A DNA stretch of 64,000 nt, taken from positions 120,131-184,130 of the forward strand of contig CAWKAO010000001.1 in NCBI GenBank assembly GCA_963847665.1, written 5' to 3'. The stretch comes from an uncultured Actinomycetes bacterium. Lineage in GTDB: Bacteria; Actinomycetota; Humimicrobiia; Humimicrobiales; Humimicrobiaceae. The translations under genes were made by a program, and so were the position numbers. Below, in pieces: positions 47,815-58,031 of this stretch. Every line of letters starts with the position of its first letter. Within the stretch, counting starts at the first letter, position 1. The notes under the pieces were generated by a model. It was not told the DNA's origin, did no database searches, and worked only from the letters and a program-made list of their open reading frames with translations.

Positions 47815-48234
47815 TTGAAGCTTATAACAAGGGATATTGATTATGCGGTAAGGGCGCTTATCTTTATCGGAAATAACAATAAAGATAATTCTGACTCTAC
47901 TGCTGTTTCGATATCTGAGATCGTAGAAAAACTTGATGTCCCTAAACCTTTTATGAGAAAGATCCTCCAGGTGTTAAGCAGCAATGGGATATTGACTTCC
48001 CATAAAGGGAATAAAGGAGGTTTTAATCTTGCATTGAAACCAGAAGAAGTCTTTTTATATGATATTGTTGAGATATTTCAGGGCAAGTTCAGCCTTAATG
48101 ATTGTTTATTTAAAAAAAATATTTGTCCTGACAGGAGCAGGTGCCTGCTTAAAAAAAAGATAGACTCTATCCAGGAGCAGGTTGAGGATGAATTAAAAAA
48201 AATAAGTCTTAAAAGTTTAATGGAAGGAGAATAA
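47815..48234 (+). CDS. Rrf2 family transcriptional regulator
   Basis: DYAVRAL, G.KGGF.LA..PEE, three Cys (CLFKKNICPDRSRC). Confidence 0.93.
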   Translation: MKLITRDIDYAVRALIFIGNNNKDNSDSTAVSISEIVEKLDVPKPFMRKILQVLSSNGILTSHKGNKGGFNLALKPEEVFLYDIVEIFQGKFSLNDCLFKKNICPDRSRCLLKKKIDSIQEQVEDELKKISLKSLMEGE

Positions 48235-48235
48235 G

Positions 48236-49165
48236 ATGGGTATAAGAAATATTATAGAAATAGATGAAGATAAATGTACTGGATGCGGGCAGTGTATCCC
48301 GAATTGCCCTGAAGGAGCCCTTCAGGTCATTGATGATAAAGCAAGATTGATAAGCGATCTATTTTGCGATGGACTTGGCGCATGCATCGGGGAATGTCCT
48401 GAAGGAGCCATTAATATAATAGAAAGGGAGGCCCAGCCATATGATGAAGAAAAAGTCATGGAAAATATAGTAAAACAGGGGGAAAACGTTATAATCGCAC
48501 ATCTGGAACATCTGAAGCATCATAATGAGACTGTTCTTCTTGAAGAAGCAGAAAAATATCTTGAAAAACATAATATAAAAATAACTGTAAAAACAGGTCT
48601 AGACCACAGTGAATGTGATCATTCCGGTGACCTGCCATGCGGTTGTCCCGGTTCAGCAGTAATGGATCTCAGGGAAGAAGAGAGCAGGTCGAGTATCAAT
48701 AAAACTGAAAGCGGGAAGACATTAAAAGAAGATCCAAAAGCAGCAAAGATACAGGAGCTCTTAAATCAGCTGACCGAGCGCAGATCAAGTCTGAAGCAAT
48801 GGCCGGTGCAGATAATGCTTGTCCCGCCTAATGCACCCTATTTTGAAGGAGCTGACATTTTAATAGCTGCTGATTGTGTACCATTTGCATACCCTGGTTT
48901 TCATGAAGACCTTCTGGAGGGAAAAATACTCCTTGTAGGCTGTCCCAAACTTGACGACAGTGAGATATATGTAAAGAAGATAACAGAGATATTAAAATTA
49001 AATGATATAAGATCTATAACTGTGGCGCATATGGAGGTACCGTGCTGTTCGGGTATGCTCAGAATTGTTAAGCAGGCTATAACTTCTTCAGCAAAACAAA
49101 TTCCATTTGACTCTATAGAAATAGGCATCAAGGGTGACATATTATCAAGAAATAAAGTAGCCTAG
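48236..49165 (+). CDS. 4Fe-4S ferredoxin domain iron-sulfur protein
   Basis: CTGCGQCIPNCP, CDGLGACIGECP, QWPVQ, GCPKLD, MEVPCC. Confidence 0.9.
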   Translation: MGIRNIIEIDEDKCTGCGQCIPNCPEGALQVIDDKARLISDLFCDGLGACIGECPEGAINIIEREAQPYDEEKVMENIVKQGENVIIAHLEHLKHHNETVLLEEAEKYLEKHNIKITVKTGLDHSECDHSGDLPCGCPGSAVMDLREEESRSSINKTESGKTLKEDPKAAKIQELLNQLTERRSSLKQWPVQIMLVPPNAPYFEGADILIAADCVPFAYPGFHEDLLEGKILLVGCPKLDDSEIYVKKITEILKLNDIRSITVAHMEVPCCSGMLRIVKQAITSSAKQIPFDSIEIGIKGDILSRNKVA

Positions 49166-49438
49166 TAACCTGAACTTTATTATTGGGGGATAGGTGTATC
49201 AATTTCCAGATGCATTAAAAAATGAGGTTATGCCTCCTTATTATTTTTAATAGTCAAATATTTTTGTTGTGTTTCTATACAGTTTTTCGATTTTAGTTTT
49301 AAAAATTTTTAATTTAAACACTTTATATGATATCCTTATTTTATAATAAATCACATCATTAATAAAAATTCAATAGACCTTGAGGATCAAATAAATTCTT
49401 TAAAACTTTTAAAAATAATTTTGAAAGAGGGATTTAAA

Positions 49439-50536
49439 ATGGATAAACCAAGATTTGCAGTCATTGGCGCTGGACATGGCGGAAAGGCCATGGCGGCGCA
49501 TCTTGCAATAAAAGGATTTTCTGTAAAGCTATATAACAGGACACTTAGTAAGATAGAACCTATTATCAAGATGCATGGGATCGAGGTCGAAGGAGAAGTA
49601 ACAGGTTTCGGAAAAATAGAAATTGCTACTGATAATATAGGCGATGTAGTAAAGGGATCAGACGTAATCATGGTCTGTGTTCCAGCTTTCGCACATGCAT
49701 CTATTGCTGAAAGGTGCGCCCCTTATCTTGAAGATGGACAGATAGTGATGTTGAACCCTGGAAGGACGTGCGGCGCTCTTGAGTTTATAAACATTCTGAG
49801 GGAGAGAGGCAATAAAAAGGACTTGATGATTGCAGAGGCCCAGACTTTTATATATGCCAGCAGGGGAATGGGACCTGCATCTGTGAAGATATTCAGGACA
49901 AAACAGGCAATACCAGTCGCAGTTATACCTGCTGTTAAGACCGAGGAGGCACTTGATAAGATAAACCAGGCTTACCCAGAGTTTATTTCTGCGACCAGTG
50001 TTATCGAGACAAGTTTCAATAACATCGGTGCGGTCTTTCATCCTGCTATTACTATTCTCAATGCCAGCAGGATAGAATCTACCATGGGTAACTTCCAGTT
50101 CTATATTGAAGGCGTAACTTCTTCTGTCGCCAGAGTACTTGAAATAGTAGACAATGAGAGAGTGGAAGTCGCAAATAAGCTTAGATGCAAGAATATCCTT
50201 ACAGCTCTGGACTGGCTGACAATGGCATATAATGTCGTAGAGGACAATCTGTTTGACGGGATACACAGTAACCCCGGTTATTACGGGATAATGGCTCCCA
50301 AGACTTCCAATGTCCGTTATATAACTGAAGATGTGCCTATGAGCCTTGTACCTATTTCTGAGATAGGGCGGGTCTTTGGAGTAGATACTCCTGTTACTGA
50401 CTCACTGATACATCTTGCGAATGTGATTTTCAGGAAGGATTTTAGAAAGTCCGGAAGAAATATCACAAATCTTCGTCTGGAAAACCTGACAATCGATGAA
50501 ATAAGAAATCTGTTTATTGAAGGCAAGATAAAGTGA
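49439..50536 (+). CDS. NAD/NADP octopine/nopaline (opine) dehydrogenase family protein
   Basis: GAGHGGKAMA, LNPGRTCGALE, NIGAVFHP, FQFYIEG, D.ER, RYITEDVP.SLVP. Confidence 0.9.
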   Translation: MDKPRFAVIGAGHGGKAMAAHLAIKGFSVKLYNRTLSKIEPIIKMHGIEVEGEVTGFGKIEIATDNIGDVVKGSDVIMVCVPAFAHASIAERCAPYLEDGQIVMLNPGRTCGALEFINILRERGNKKDLMIAEAQTFIYASRGMGPASVKIFRTKQAIPVAVIPAVKTEEALDKINQAYPEFISATSVIETSFNNIGAVFHPAITILNASRIESTMGNFQFYIEGVTSSVARVLEIVDNERVEVANKLRCKNILTALDWLTMAYNVVEDNLFDGIHSNPGYYGIMAPKTSNVRYITEDVPMSLVPISEIGRVFGVDTPVTDSLIHLANVIFRKDFRKSGRNITNLRLENLTIDEIRNLFIEGKIK

Positions 50537-50616
50537 TCATTTTTTAGCTTTTTTATAAGAAAAATGAAAATGTCCTGATGTATTATATCTAAAGAGACCG
50601 AACCCTGGAGGTTTGT

Positions 50617-52248
50617 ATGAAAAAGATCCTTGGAGCCGCGATCGGCAGCTGTGTGCACGTTGCCGGGGTGATGAATTTTTTAAACATCAGCAGGTTTTTT
50701 GGATTTGAAACACGATTTATCGGTTCTGCAATAGATATATCTGATCTGAAAAAAGAAATCGAGAAAAATAGACCTGACATTGTCGGTATAAGTTACAGAC
50801 TTACTCCTGAAAGTGCAGTAAAACTTTTCAGGGAATTTAAAAGGTCTGTTGCTGATGAATATAAAAATATATCTTTTATTCTTGGGACCACCGGTTCAGT
50901 AGCTGACCTGCTTGAGAACAGAGGACTTTTAGATATTTTTGACAAGGTCTTTACCGGTGGGGAAAGCAGGGAAGAGATCGCAGAATACCTTCAGGTAAAA
51001 AAAATAGACGGTTTAAAGGATAAAATTCCTCCCCAGGAGCTCATCAAAAGAATCGCTTACAGTAAACCTTATCCTTTATTGAGGCACCACTTTGGAAGGC
51101 CAACTGTAAAAGAGACTGTGGAGGGGATAAAGAAAATAGCAGAAAGCATGCTTATAGATGTGGTCTCGCTTGGCCCGGACCAGAATGCTCAGGAGTTTTT
51201 CTTTAAACCTGAAAAAATGGACAGGATGCAGGATGGAGCAGGTGGTGTGCCGGTTAGAAGCGCTGCAGACCTAAAGATCCTTTTTGATGCTACAAGGACG
51301 GGTAATTATCCCATGATGAGATGTTATAGTGGTACGAATGATATTATAAAGTTTGCTGCTATCCTTCTTGATTCAATTCACAATGCATGGTGTGCAGTAC
51401 CATTATGCTGGTACAACGAGATCGACAATAGAAGCCATAGGAAACTGATCGACGCAATAAGGGAAAATAAGGAAGTAATGAAATGGCATGCAGAAAGAGG
51501 GGTTCCGGTCGAAGTCAACGAGTCGCATCACTGGAGCCTTAGGTATGCATCCGATGCCATAGCTGTTGCTTCTGCATATCTGGCAGCATATAATGCCAAG
51601 AAAATGGGTGTTAGGGATTATGTATCTCAGTATATGTTTAATACTCCACCAGAGACTTCTTTCACCATGGACCTTGCAAAAATGCTTGCAAAAATAGAAC
51701 TGATAGAATCTCTTCATGATGATGATTTTGTTTCAATAAGGGAGACAAGGTCAGGTCTATACAGCATGCCAGTCGACTTTAATCAGGGTAAAGGGCAGCT
51801 TGCATCATCTACTTTGCTCCAGATGCAGGTCAAGCCTTCAATAGTCCATGTCGTCGCTTACTGTGAATCCAGTTATGCTGCAAAACCTGATGATATTATA
51901 GAAAGCTGTCAGATAGTAAAAAAAGTGATAGAGAACTGCATCGAAGGATGTCCTGATATGAGATCAGACCGCGATGTCATAAAAAGAAAAGATACTCTTC
52001 TGAGCGAAGCAGGCATGATAATAAAGGCAATAAAAGATCTTGATACCAGTCACAGGTTTGAAGACCCACTGATAGAGCCAGATATAATAGGAGCTGCAAT
52101 TCAAAAGGGTATCCTTGACGCCCCCCATCTTGAAGGTGTAAAAGGTGCTGCCGGTAAAATAAAGACGATGTTTTTTGATGGAGCAAACCTGCCGGTAGAT
52201 GATTGCGGAAATATGATATCAGAATCTGAAAGATTAAATGATCTTTAA
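50617..52248 (+). CDS. Cobalamin-binding domain protein (putative B12-dependent enzyme of unknown function)
   Basis: N-terminal Rossmann B12 domain with CVHVAG (DxHxxG-like) and VGISY; long conserved-looking C-terminal domain (RHHFGRP, GNYP..RCYSGT, NESHHW); no radical SAM CxxxCxxC motif. Confidence 0.8.
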   Translation: MKKILGAAIGSCVHVAGVMNFLNISRFFGFETRFIGSAIDISDLKKEIEKNRPDIVGISYRLTPESAVKLFREFKRSVADEYKNISFILGTTGSVADLLENRGLLDIFDKVFTGGESREEIAEYLQVKKIDGLKDKIPPQELIKRIAYSKPYPLLRHHFGRPTVKETVEGIKKIAESMLIDVVSLGPDQNAQEFFFKPEKMDRMQDGAGGVPVRSAADLKILFDATRTGNYPMMRCYSGTNDIIKFAAILLDSIHNAWCAVPLCWYNEIDNRSHRKLIDAIRENKEVMKWHAERGVPVEVNESHHWSLRYASDAIAVASAYLAAYNAKKMGVRDYVSQYMFNTPPETSFTMDLAKMLAKIELIESLHDDDFVSIRETRSGLYSMPVDFNQGKGQLASSTLLQMQVKPSIVHVVAYCESSYAAKPDDIIESCQIVKKVIENCIEGCPDMRSDRDVIKRKDTLLSEAGMIIKAIKDLDTSHRFEDPLIEPDIIGAAIQKGILDAPHLEGVKGAAGKIKTMFFDGANLPVDDCGNMISESERLNDL

Positions 52249-52359
52249 GATCTTCTGCTCATTCTTTTTTTCTTATCAGTGCTTGACTTTTTATAGACAT
52301 CAAATATATTTATCCGTATATCAAAAACAATATTAGCTTCGAAGAAAGAATGGTTTAAA

Positions 52360-52884
52360 TTGGAAACATTATGGTGGGTACTTGCAATATTTTTTGGAAG
52401 AATTGTTGATGTTGCGCTGGGTACAATAAGAATAAATTTTATTGTCAGGCACAAGAAGTTTTTTGCAGCTCTAGTAGGTTTTGTAGAGGTCACTATATTT
52501 ATATATGTCGTATCAAGAGTAATTCAGGACCTGAGTGGGAATTTTTTTGGTATCCTTGCCTATGGAGCAGGTTTCGCTGCAGGTACGATTGTAGGGATGA
52601 CCATATCAGATAAGCTTTCACAGGATCTCATAAGTATAAACATAATCTCAAGACAGAATAGCACCGAGATCGAAAAACTCCTGAGAGATGCGGGATTTGG
52701 TGCTACATGTTATAACGGTGTTGGAAAATATGGGGAGGTCAAAATAATAAATATCGTTTGCAGGCAAAAATTTGTCCCAAAACTGAGCAGAATAGTATTT
52801 GAAGAGGACCCAACTGCTTTTTTAAGTACACATGTTGTAGGGACTCACAGAGGCGGGTTCTTATTTGGAAGCAAAAAAAAGTGA
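52360..52884 (+). CDS. UPF0316/DUF5698 membrane protein
   Basis: RIVDVALGTIR, GFVEV, AYGAGFAAG..VG, LRDAGFGAT. Confidence 0.85.
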   Translation: METLWWVLAIFFGRIVDVALGTIRINFIVRHKKFFAALVGFVEVTIFIYVVSRVIQDLSGNFFGILAYGAGFAAGTIVGMTISDKLSQDLISINIISRQNSTEIEKLLRDAGFGATCYNGVGKYGEVKIINIVCRQKFVPKLSRIVFEEDPTAFLSTHVVGTHRGGFLFGSKKK

Positions 52885-52950
52885 CCATTATAAAAACCGA
52901 TGAGTTCAGGCGAACTGAATTCCAGCAGACAATCTATTTTAATATAAGTA

Positions 52951-54507
52951 TTAATTAAAGTTTCTTGTAAAAGAAAGAAAGTCATAAAAATCTACATCAG
53001 CAAAAAATTCTCTGAATACCTTATAATAATAATATTCTTCTTTGTTTCTTAGTATAAAACCATTTTCAAGGGATTTATTATTTTCATATTCATTTTCGCT
53101 TACTTCTATATCTATTTTTTCTGTGAGTGTATTGAGTATGCCTGAACCCTCCCAGAACTTATCCTTGGGCCGCCATACTATAGAAGCAGGGAGATATTTT
53201 TCGGCTACTTTTCTTAAAATGTCCTTTGTAAGCTGTTTATCATAATTTAATTTAAGTTCCGGTGGTATCCTCAGTACATATTCCATCAATATCTCGTCAA
53301 GCATGGGCAATTTTGTATTTACACCATTTACATTTGATACCCTGTCGACTCTCTGCAGCGCTGTGTTATGAAGGCTTTTAATGGCTTTTATTAGTTCAGT
53401 TTGTATTTCCTGCTGTGATTCTAGGTCCAGAAAGTAATTATATCCCGCAAAGATCTCATCTCCTCCTTCTCCAGAAAAGATCACATCTGATTTTGAGGAA
53501 AGCTTGGACACTATCATGTTGCCAAGCGTACTCCTGACCAAAGGTGCGTCAAAAGACTCGAGAGCATATATAGTCTCCGGAATAGAAGAGAAAAGGATGT
53601 CTCTGTTTAATTCATACTCAGCATGAATTGTACCGAGGTGTTTTGCGACAAGTCTAGCAGCTTCTAGATCAGGTGATCCCTTATAACCTACAGAAAATGT
53701 AAAAATGTCACTGCTGAATTCCTTTAAGGCTCCTGCAATTACACTCGAGTCCAGCCCTCCGCTTAACCATGTTCCCAGTTTGACTTTTTTATTGCCGGCA
53801 GGAATGCGTTTTTCAATGGATTTGAGTAATAATTCATTGATCCTATCTGTAATGTTATCTATATTTATATCTTTTATAAGGCCTTCCGAAAGGATCCCGT
53901 CAACATAATTGTCGAAAGTCATGTCTTTAAATACTTTAGGAGTATCAAGGTTTTTAATATAGTGACCAGGTTCTAGTATGAAGATCTTCCCTCCAAGACC
54001 TATTAGTGATTTTACTTCTGAAGCAAAATAAAGACGGTCCTTATTATTGAAAGTATAATATAGGGGTTTTCTTCCAAGGAAATCTCGTAATAAATATACA
54101 TCTTTAGCCTGATCGTAAAATACTAAAGCAAATTGTCCATTAAGTTTGCTAATAGTATTTTTATTAAAATCTGTAAGTATCAAAGACAGCCCTTTTCTTT
54201 TTAGGCTATCATATTCAGCAATACTGTAAGTATCACTGATGATCTTTGCAATATTATCGATCTTACCATCAAGAAAATGATCGGATATCTGATTGTCATC
54301 ATCATTTATTTGCCCATTTGCTGTTTCCCTTTTAGTGATACCAATAACTGTACTATATTTTTTATTACTGATTTCTATTATTTCATTAGGCTCAGAACCT
54401 CTATAGCTGATCTTATTGAGCATAAAAACTACCTGGTCTTTTAATTTACTTTGATATAGTTCTTTTTTATTCTCTGATCTGGATATTACTCCTGCTAATC
54501 CTGCCAA
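52951..54507 (-). CDS. Asparagine synthetase-like amide ligase lacking the N-terminal catalytic Cys
   Basis: RD.LGRKPLYY, FASEVKSL, LSGGLDSS, SGEGGDEIFAGY, LQRVDR, WRPK; starts MAGLAGV (TTG 54507 after AGAGGAG) instead of MCGI.G. Confidence 0.88.
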   Translation of the reverse strand: MAGLAGVISRSENKKELYQSKLKDQVVFMLNKISYRGSEPNEIIEISNKKYSTVIGITKRETANGQINDDDNQISDHFLDGKIDNIAKIISDTYSIAEYDSLKRKGLSLILTDFNKNTISKLNGQFALVFYDQAKDVYLLRDFLGRKPLYYTFNNKDRLYFASEVKSLIGLGGKIFILEPGHYIKNLDTPKVFKDMTFDNYVDGILSEGLIKDINIDNITDRINELLLKSIEKRIPAGNKKVKLGTWLSGGLDSSVIAGALKEFSSDIFTFSVGYKGSPDLEAARLVAKHLGTIHAEYELNRDILFSSIPETIYALESFDAPLVRSTLGNMIVSKLSSKSDVIFSGEGGDEIFAGYNYFLDLESQQEIQTELIKAIKSLHNTALQRVDRVSNVNGVNTKLPMLDEILMEYVLRIPPELKLNYDKQLTKDILRKVAEKYLPASIVWRPKDKFWEGSGILNTLTEKIDIEVSENEYENNKSLENGFILRNKEEYYYYKVFREFFADVDFYDFLSFTRNFN

Positions 54508-54677
54508 AACTATCAACTCCTCTTTGATTTTTATTAAACCTTAACATATAAACTGCATATTTTGAAATCAGCGATAGCTTTTTAACAACAATTTAAAAAA
54601 TATTTTAAATATTAGTTCAAATTGTTTATGATATTTTTAGATAAGATTATTATTGATGCAAGGAGGTAGGATCATCT

Positions 54678-55550
54678 ATGGCGGATACACAAAATATCAA
54701 TATTGATTCGCAAACAATAGTAGAAAGCTTCAGAAATAACTGGATTACTATTGCTGCTGTGGCTTTTGCAGTAATAGTAATAATACTGGTAATAAAATTT
54801 ATCTCAAGAAGATTAAAAAAAGTAATAGAGAAAAAAATAGGGGATGATAGGATCGAAGTAAGAAAAAGGTCTTTCACTTTTAATAGTGTTGTCTCTAATT
54901 TAATAATCTTAGCCAGTTTTTTTGCTGGTATCCTGATAATTATGGATCAGCTTAGCATCCCTATACTTCCTATCATAACCGGTGCTGGTATACTGGGAGT
55001 GATAATAGGGCTTGGCGCCCAGAGCCTCATCAAGGATCTGATAAACGGGTCATTTATTCTATTTGAGCAGTGGTATCAGGTAAACGACATAATAACCATA
55101 GGAGATATTACCGGGACTGTAGAAAGATTCAGCCTGAGGACGACTGTAATAAGAGATATTGAAGGTACTGTCCACTTCATACCCAATTCAGAAATAAAAA
55201 CACTTGGTAACAGGACCCAGGTATGGACAAAAGCAGTCGTAAAAATAGGCGTTCATTATAAGGAAAAAATCGATAGAGTAGTTGATGTTCTTCAAGAGGT
55301 CTTTGATGAATTTATGGACGATAGAAAATATAGGAAGCTGATACTGGAACCACCTAAAATACTTGGTGACGGAGGTGTAAGCGAGCTGGGTGATTCTGCA
55401 GTTACATTTACTATAGTATGCAAGGTCAAACCACCTGAGCAGTGGACTATAGAAAGGCAGCTCAGAAAGAGAATAAAAGATAAATTTGACGAAGTAGGTA
55501 TAGAAATACCCTATCCCTGCAGGAACCTATATATGAGAAATGATCAATAG
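54678..55550 (+). CDS. mscS: Small-conductance mechanosensitive channel (MscS family)
   Basis: GLGAQSLIKDLING, GTVE..SLRTT.IRD..G.VHFIPNS, GIEIPYP. Confidence 0.92.
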   Translation: MADTQNINIDSQTIVESFRNNWITIAAVAFAVIVIILVIKFISRRLKKVIEKKIGDDRIEVRKRSFTFNSVVSNLIILASFFAGILIIMDQLSIPILPIITGAGILGVIIGLGAQSLIKDLINGSFILFEQWYQVNDIITIGDITGTVERFSLRTTVIRDIEGTVHFIPNSEIKTLGNRTQVWTKAVVKIGVHYKEKIDRVVDVLQEVFDEFMDDRKYRKLILEPPKILGDGGVSELGDSAVTFTIVCKVKPPEQWTIERQLRKRIKDKFDEVGIEIPYPCRNLYMRNDQ

Positions 55551-56345
55551 AAACCTGATGACTTCTGCAGGATTTTCTAAATAATAATCAGCGATGGTTT
55601 TTTCTGTCTCAATATTATCTGTGACCTTTATATTGATCCCGGTCCTGTTACCGGAAAAGAGGTCTTCATCTGTTACATCATCTCCAATGCAGATGGCAAG
55701 GACAGATCCTTTAGAAGTATTTTTCTTATCAACTCTGAGGAATTTTTCTAAAACAATTCCTTTATTTATATCTTCAGGCATTATTTCAATGACTTTTTTC
55801 ATTTTTATAAACCTGAAAATGTATTGCTTTCTAAGTTTTTTTAAATGTTCGCCAAGTTCTTCGATCCTTGGAATATCTTTTTTTTCTACCTGTCTATAAT
55901 GGATCGCAAGTGAATGAGGTTTATCTTCGATGATAATATTTTTTATATCCTTTATCTGCTCTATTACTATACTTTTTAGAGCTTCAGGTATACCACTGCC
56001 ATAAGTCTTATCACAGGACGCCTGAGGGTTTTTCAAAAGGCTGGAGTTTTTTAATTCTGCGCCATGGCTTCCTGCCATGATAATATTTGTGGGCTCCAGG
56101 GCCCCGGTTATTTTTTCAAGGTCATCAAGAGACCGGCCTGAGATTATTATAATCCTGAATCTGCTATTATTTAAGTCTTTGAATAACCTTATAAGCTCGC
56201 TGCCTGGTAATGCATCACCTGGTCTTTCGACGATGTCAGTGAGGGTCCCATCGTAATCAAGAAACAAGTAGACTTTGCGAGATCTTTCAATCCTTTTTTT
56301 TATATCTTCGATCTCTGTAAAAGCATTTTTTAGGATTTTCATCAT
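55527..56345 (-). CDS. otsB: Trehalose-6-phosphate phosphatase
   Basis: FLDYDGTL, ISGR, GSHGAE, HYR, NKG, IGDDVTDEDLF. Confidence 0.93.
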   Translation of the reverse strand: MMKILKNAFTEIEDIKKRIERSRKVYLFLDYDGTLTDIVERPGDALPGSELIRLFKDLNNSRFRIIIISGRSLDDLEKITGALEPTNIIMAGSHGAELKNSSLLKNPQASCDKTYGSGIPEALKSIVIEQIKDIKNIIIEDKPHSLAIHYRQVEKKDIPRIEELGEHLKKLRKQYIFRFIKMKKVIEIMPEDINKGIVLEKFLRVDKKNTSKGSVLAICIGDDVTDEDLFSGNRTGINIKVTDNIETEKTIADYYLENPAEVIRFLLIISHI

Positions 56346-56385
56346 TTATAATTGGAAATATAGACTTAACTGATGAAGAATTTCA

Positions 56386-57831
56386 TTATTGTGGTGTTTG
56401 AACGAAATAATTTAAAAAGCTTAAACACCATTTGTATACATCATTTTCTTTTATTATTTTCTGTAGAGCTCTAATATTGGATCTTTTTTCTTCTGCATCC
56501 ATCTTAAGTGCAAGATATATTTTATCTGCTATATCTTCGGTATCATAAGGGTTTACCATTGCCGAGTGTTCCCTTAACTCATCAGCGCAACCAGCAAATT
56601 CGCTTAATATAAGAACACCATTTAAATCGTTTTTACAGGTGACATATTCTTTTGCAATAAGGTTCATGCCGTCTCTTAGAGGGGTTACAAGGCAGACATC
56701 TGCTGATGCGTAAAAAGCTGAAAGTTTTTCCCGGTTTAATGATTTGTAAAGATACACAATAGGGGTCCATACCTCTTCAGCAAACCTCCCATTGATCTTT
56801 CCGATAAGCTCATCAATCTCATTTTTGAAACTGATATATTCACGTATTTTTGTCCTGCTTGGAACAGAGACCTGGATAAATACCACCCGTTTCCTGTATT
56901 CAGGATACTTTTCAAAAAACCGCTCGATCGAACAGAGTCTTTCTTTTATTCCTTTTGTATAATCCAGCCGTTCAACGCTAAGGACTATTTTTTTATCGAT
57001 TGTGTTCTTTCTTATACTGCTCAGGCTTCTATTTGAAGCCGCTCCGCTGGATATTTTTTTAAACTGTTCGTAATCTATACTTATGGGAAAATGCCATACT
57101 TTTACAGTCCTTGAATTATATAATACTGTAGATCTCTGCATATCTACTTCTGCCTTCAAAAGTTTTTTACAGGAGATCAAAAAATTGTCTGAATCATTTT
57201 CAGTCTGAAAGCCTACAAGATCACAACCCAGCATTCCTTTTAGCATATCTTTATGCCATGGAAGAGCCCTGAAAGTCTCGTAATTTGGAAAGGGAATATG
57301 ATTGAAAAAAGCTATCCTGAGGTCTTTGTTTTTTGTCCTTAACATTTCAGGGACCAGCATAAGATGGTAATCATGTATCCATATCAGTTCATCTCCCTTT
57401 ATTTCTTCGAGGACCGCTTTTGCATATTTTTTATTGGCAGAAAAGTAAGAATCCCAGTAATTATGATCAAAATGAGTCTGGAATAAAAAACCATGGAAAA
57501 GTGGCCAGAGGGTTCTATTGGTAAAGCCGTGGTAAAAGAGATTTATATCGTTTTCGCTTAGATTTACAAATTTTATCTGGTAGTCTCCCGGGCTATCGAC
57601 AGGTATTTTAGTACTGGTATCCAGAAATCTTGTTTTTTTAGAAAGACCACTCCATCCTATCCATACCCCGCCTTTTAATGTCATTATTGGATCAAGGGCC
57701 GTTACCAGGCCGCCAACACTTCTTTTATAACTGATCCCTTCTTTTGTCCTGTAAAAATTAAAGGGGACCCTGTTTGAGACTATTACCAATTTTTCTCTGG
57801 GTACCAGTTTTAAAAATTCTTCTTTTTGCAT
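56386..57831 (-). CDS. otsA: Trehalose-6-phosphate synthase
   Basis: VSNRVP, GGLVTAL, WPLFH, WIHDYHL, HIPFP, ERLDYTKG, DGMNLIAKEY, LSEFAG. Confidence 0.95.
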   Translation of the reverse strand: MQKEEFLKLVPREKLVIVSNRVPFNFYRTKEGISYKRSVGGLVTALDPIMTLKGGVWIGWSGLSKKTRFLDTSTKIPVDSPGDYQIKFVNLSENDINLFYHGFTNRTLWPLFHGFLFQTHFDHNYWDSYFSANKKYAKAVLEEIKGDELIWIHDYHLMLVPEMLRTKNKDLRIAFFNHIPFPNYETFRALPWHKDMLKGMLGCDLVGFQTENDSDNFLISCKKLLKAEVDMQRSTVLYNSRTVKVWHFPISIDYEQFKKISSGAASNRSLSSIRKNTIDKKIVLSVERLDYTKGIKERLCSIERFFEKYPEYRKRVVFIQVSVPSRTKIREYISFKNEIDELIGKINGRFAEEVWTPIVYLYKSLNREKLSAFYASADVCLVTPLRDGMNLIAKEYVTCKNDLNGVLILSEFAGCADELREHSAMVNPYDTEDIADKIYLALKMDAEEKRSNIRALQKIIKENDVYKWCLSFLNYFVQTPQ

Positions 57832-58031
57832 ATTTTTACATGGGAATAAGCATAATGATAAATTTTATTATAGTTCTAAAATGCACATGTTTCAAACTGG
57901 AAGACTGTAAGCTGTCTGATCATTAGATATATTTTTTGCATTTTACTTTTAGAATCTTTATGGTTATCATAACTAAAGTTATTAAATTATTACAATTAAA
58001 TTGATCTAATAAATACTTTATATACTAAAAA

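Noticed and set aside
49166-49420. Cobalamin riboswitch upstream of the opine/B12 genes
   Set aside because: Only short weak hairpins; no B12-box or GGGAA/GCCACTG motifs.
49439-50536. Staphylopine/pseudopaline metallophore locus
   Set aside because: No CntL-like aminobutyryl transferase, exporter or metal ABC importer nearby.
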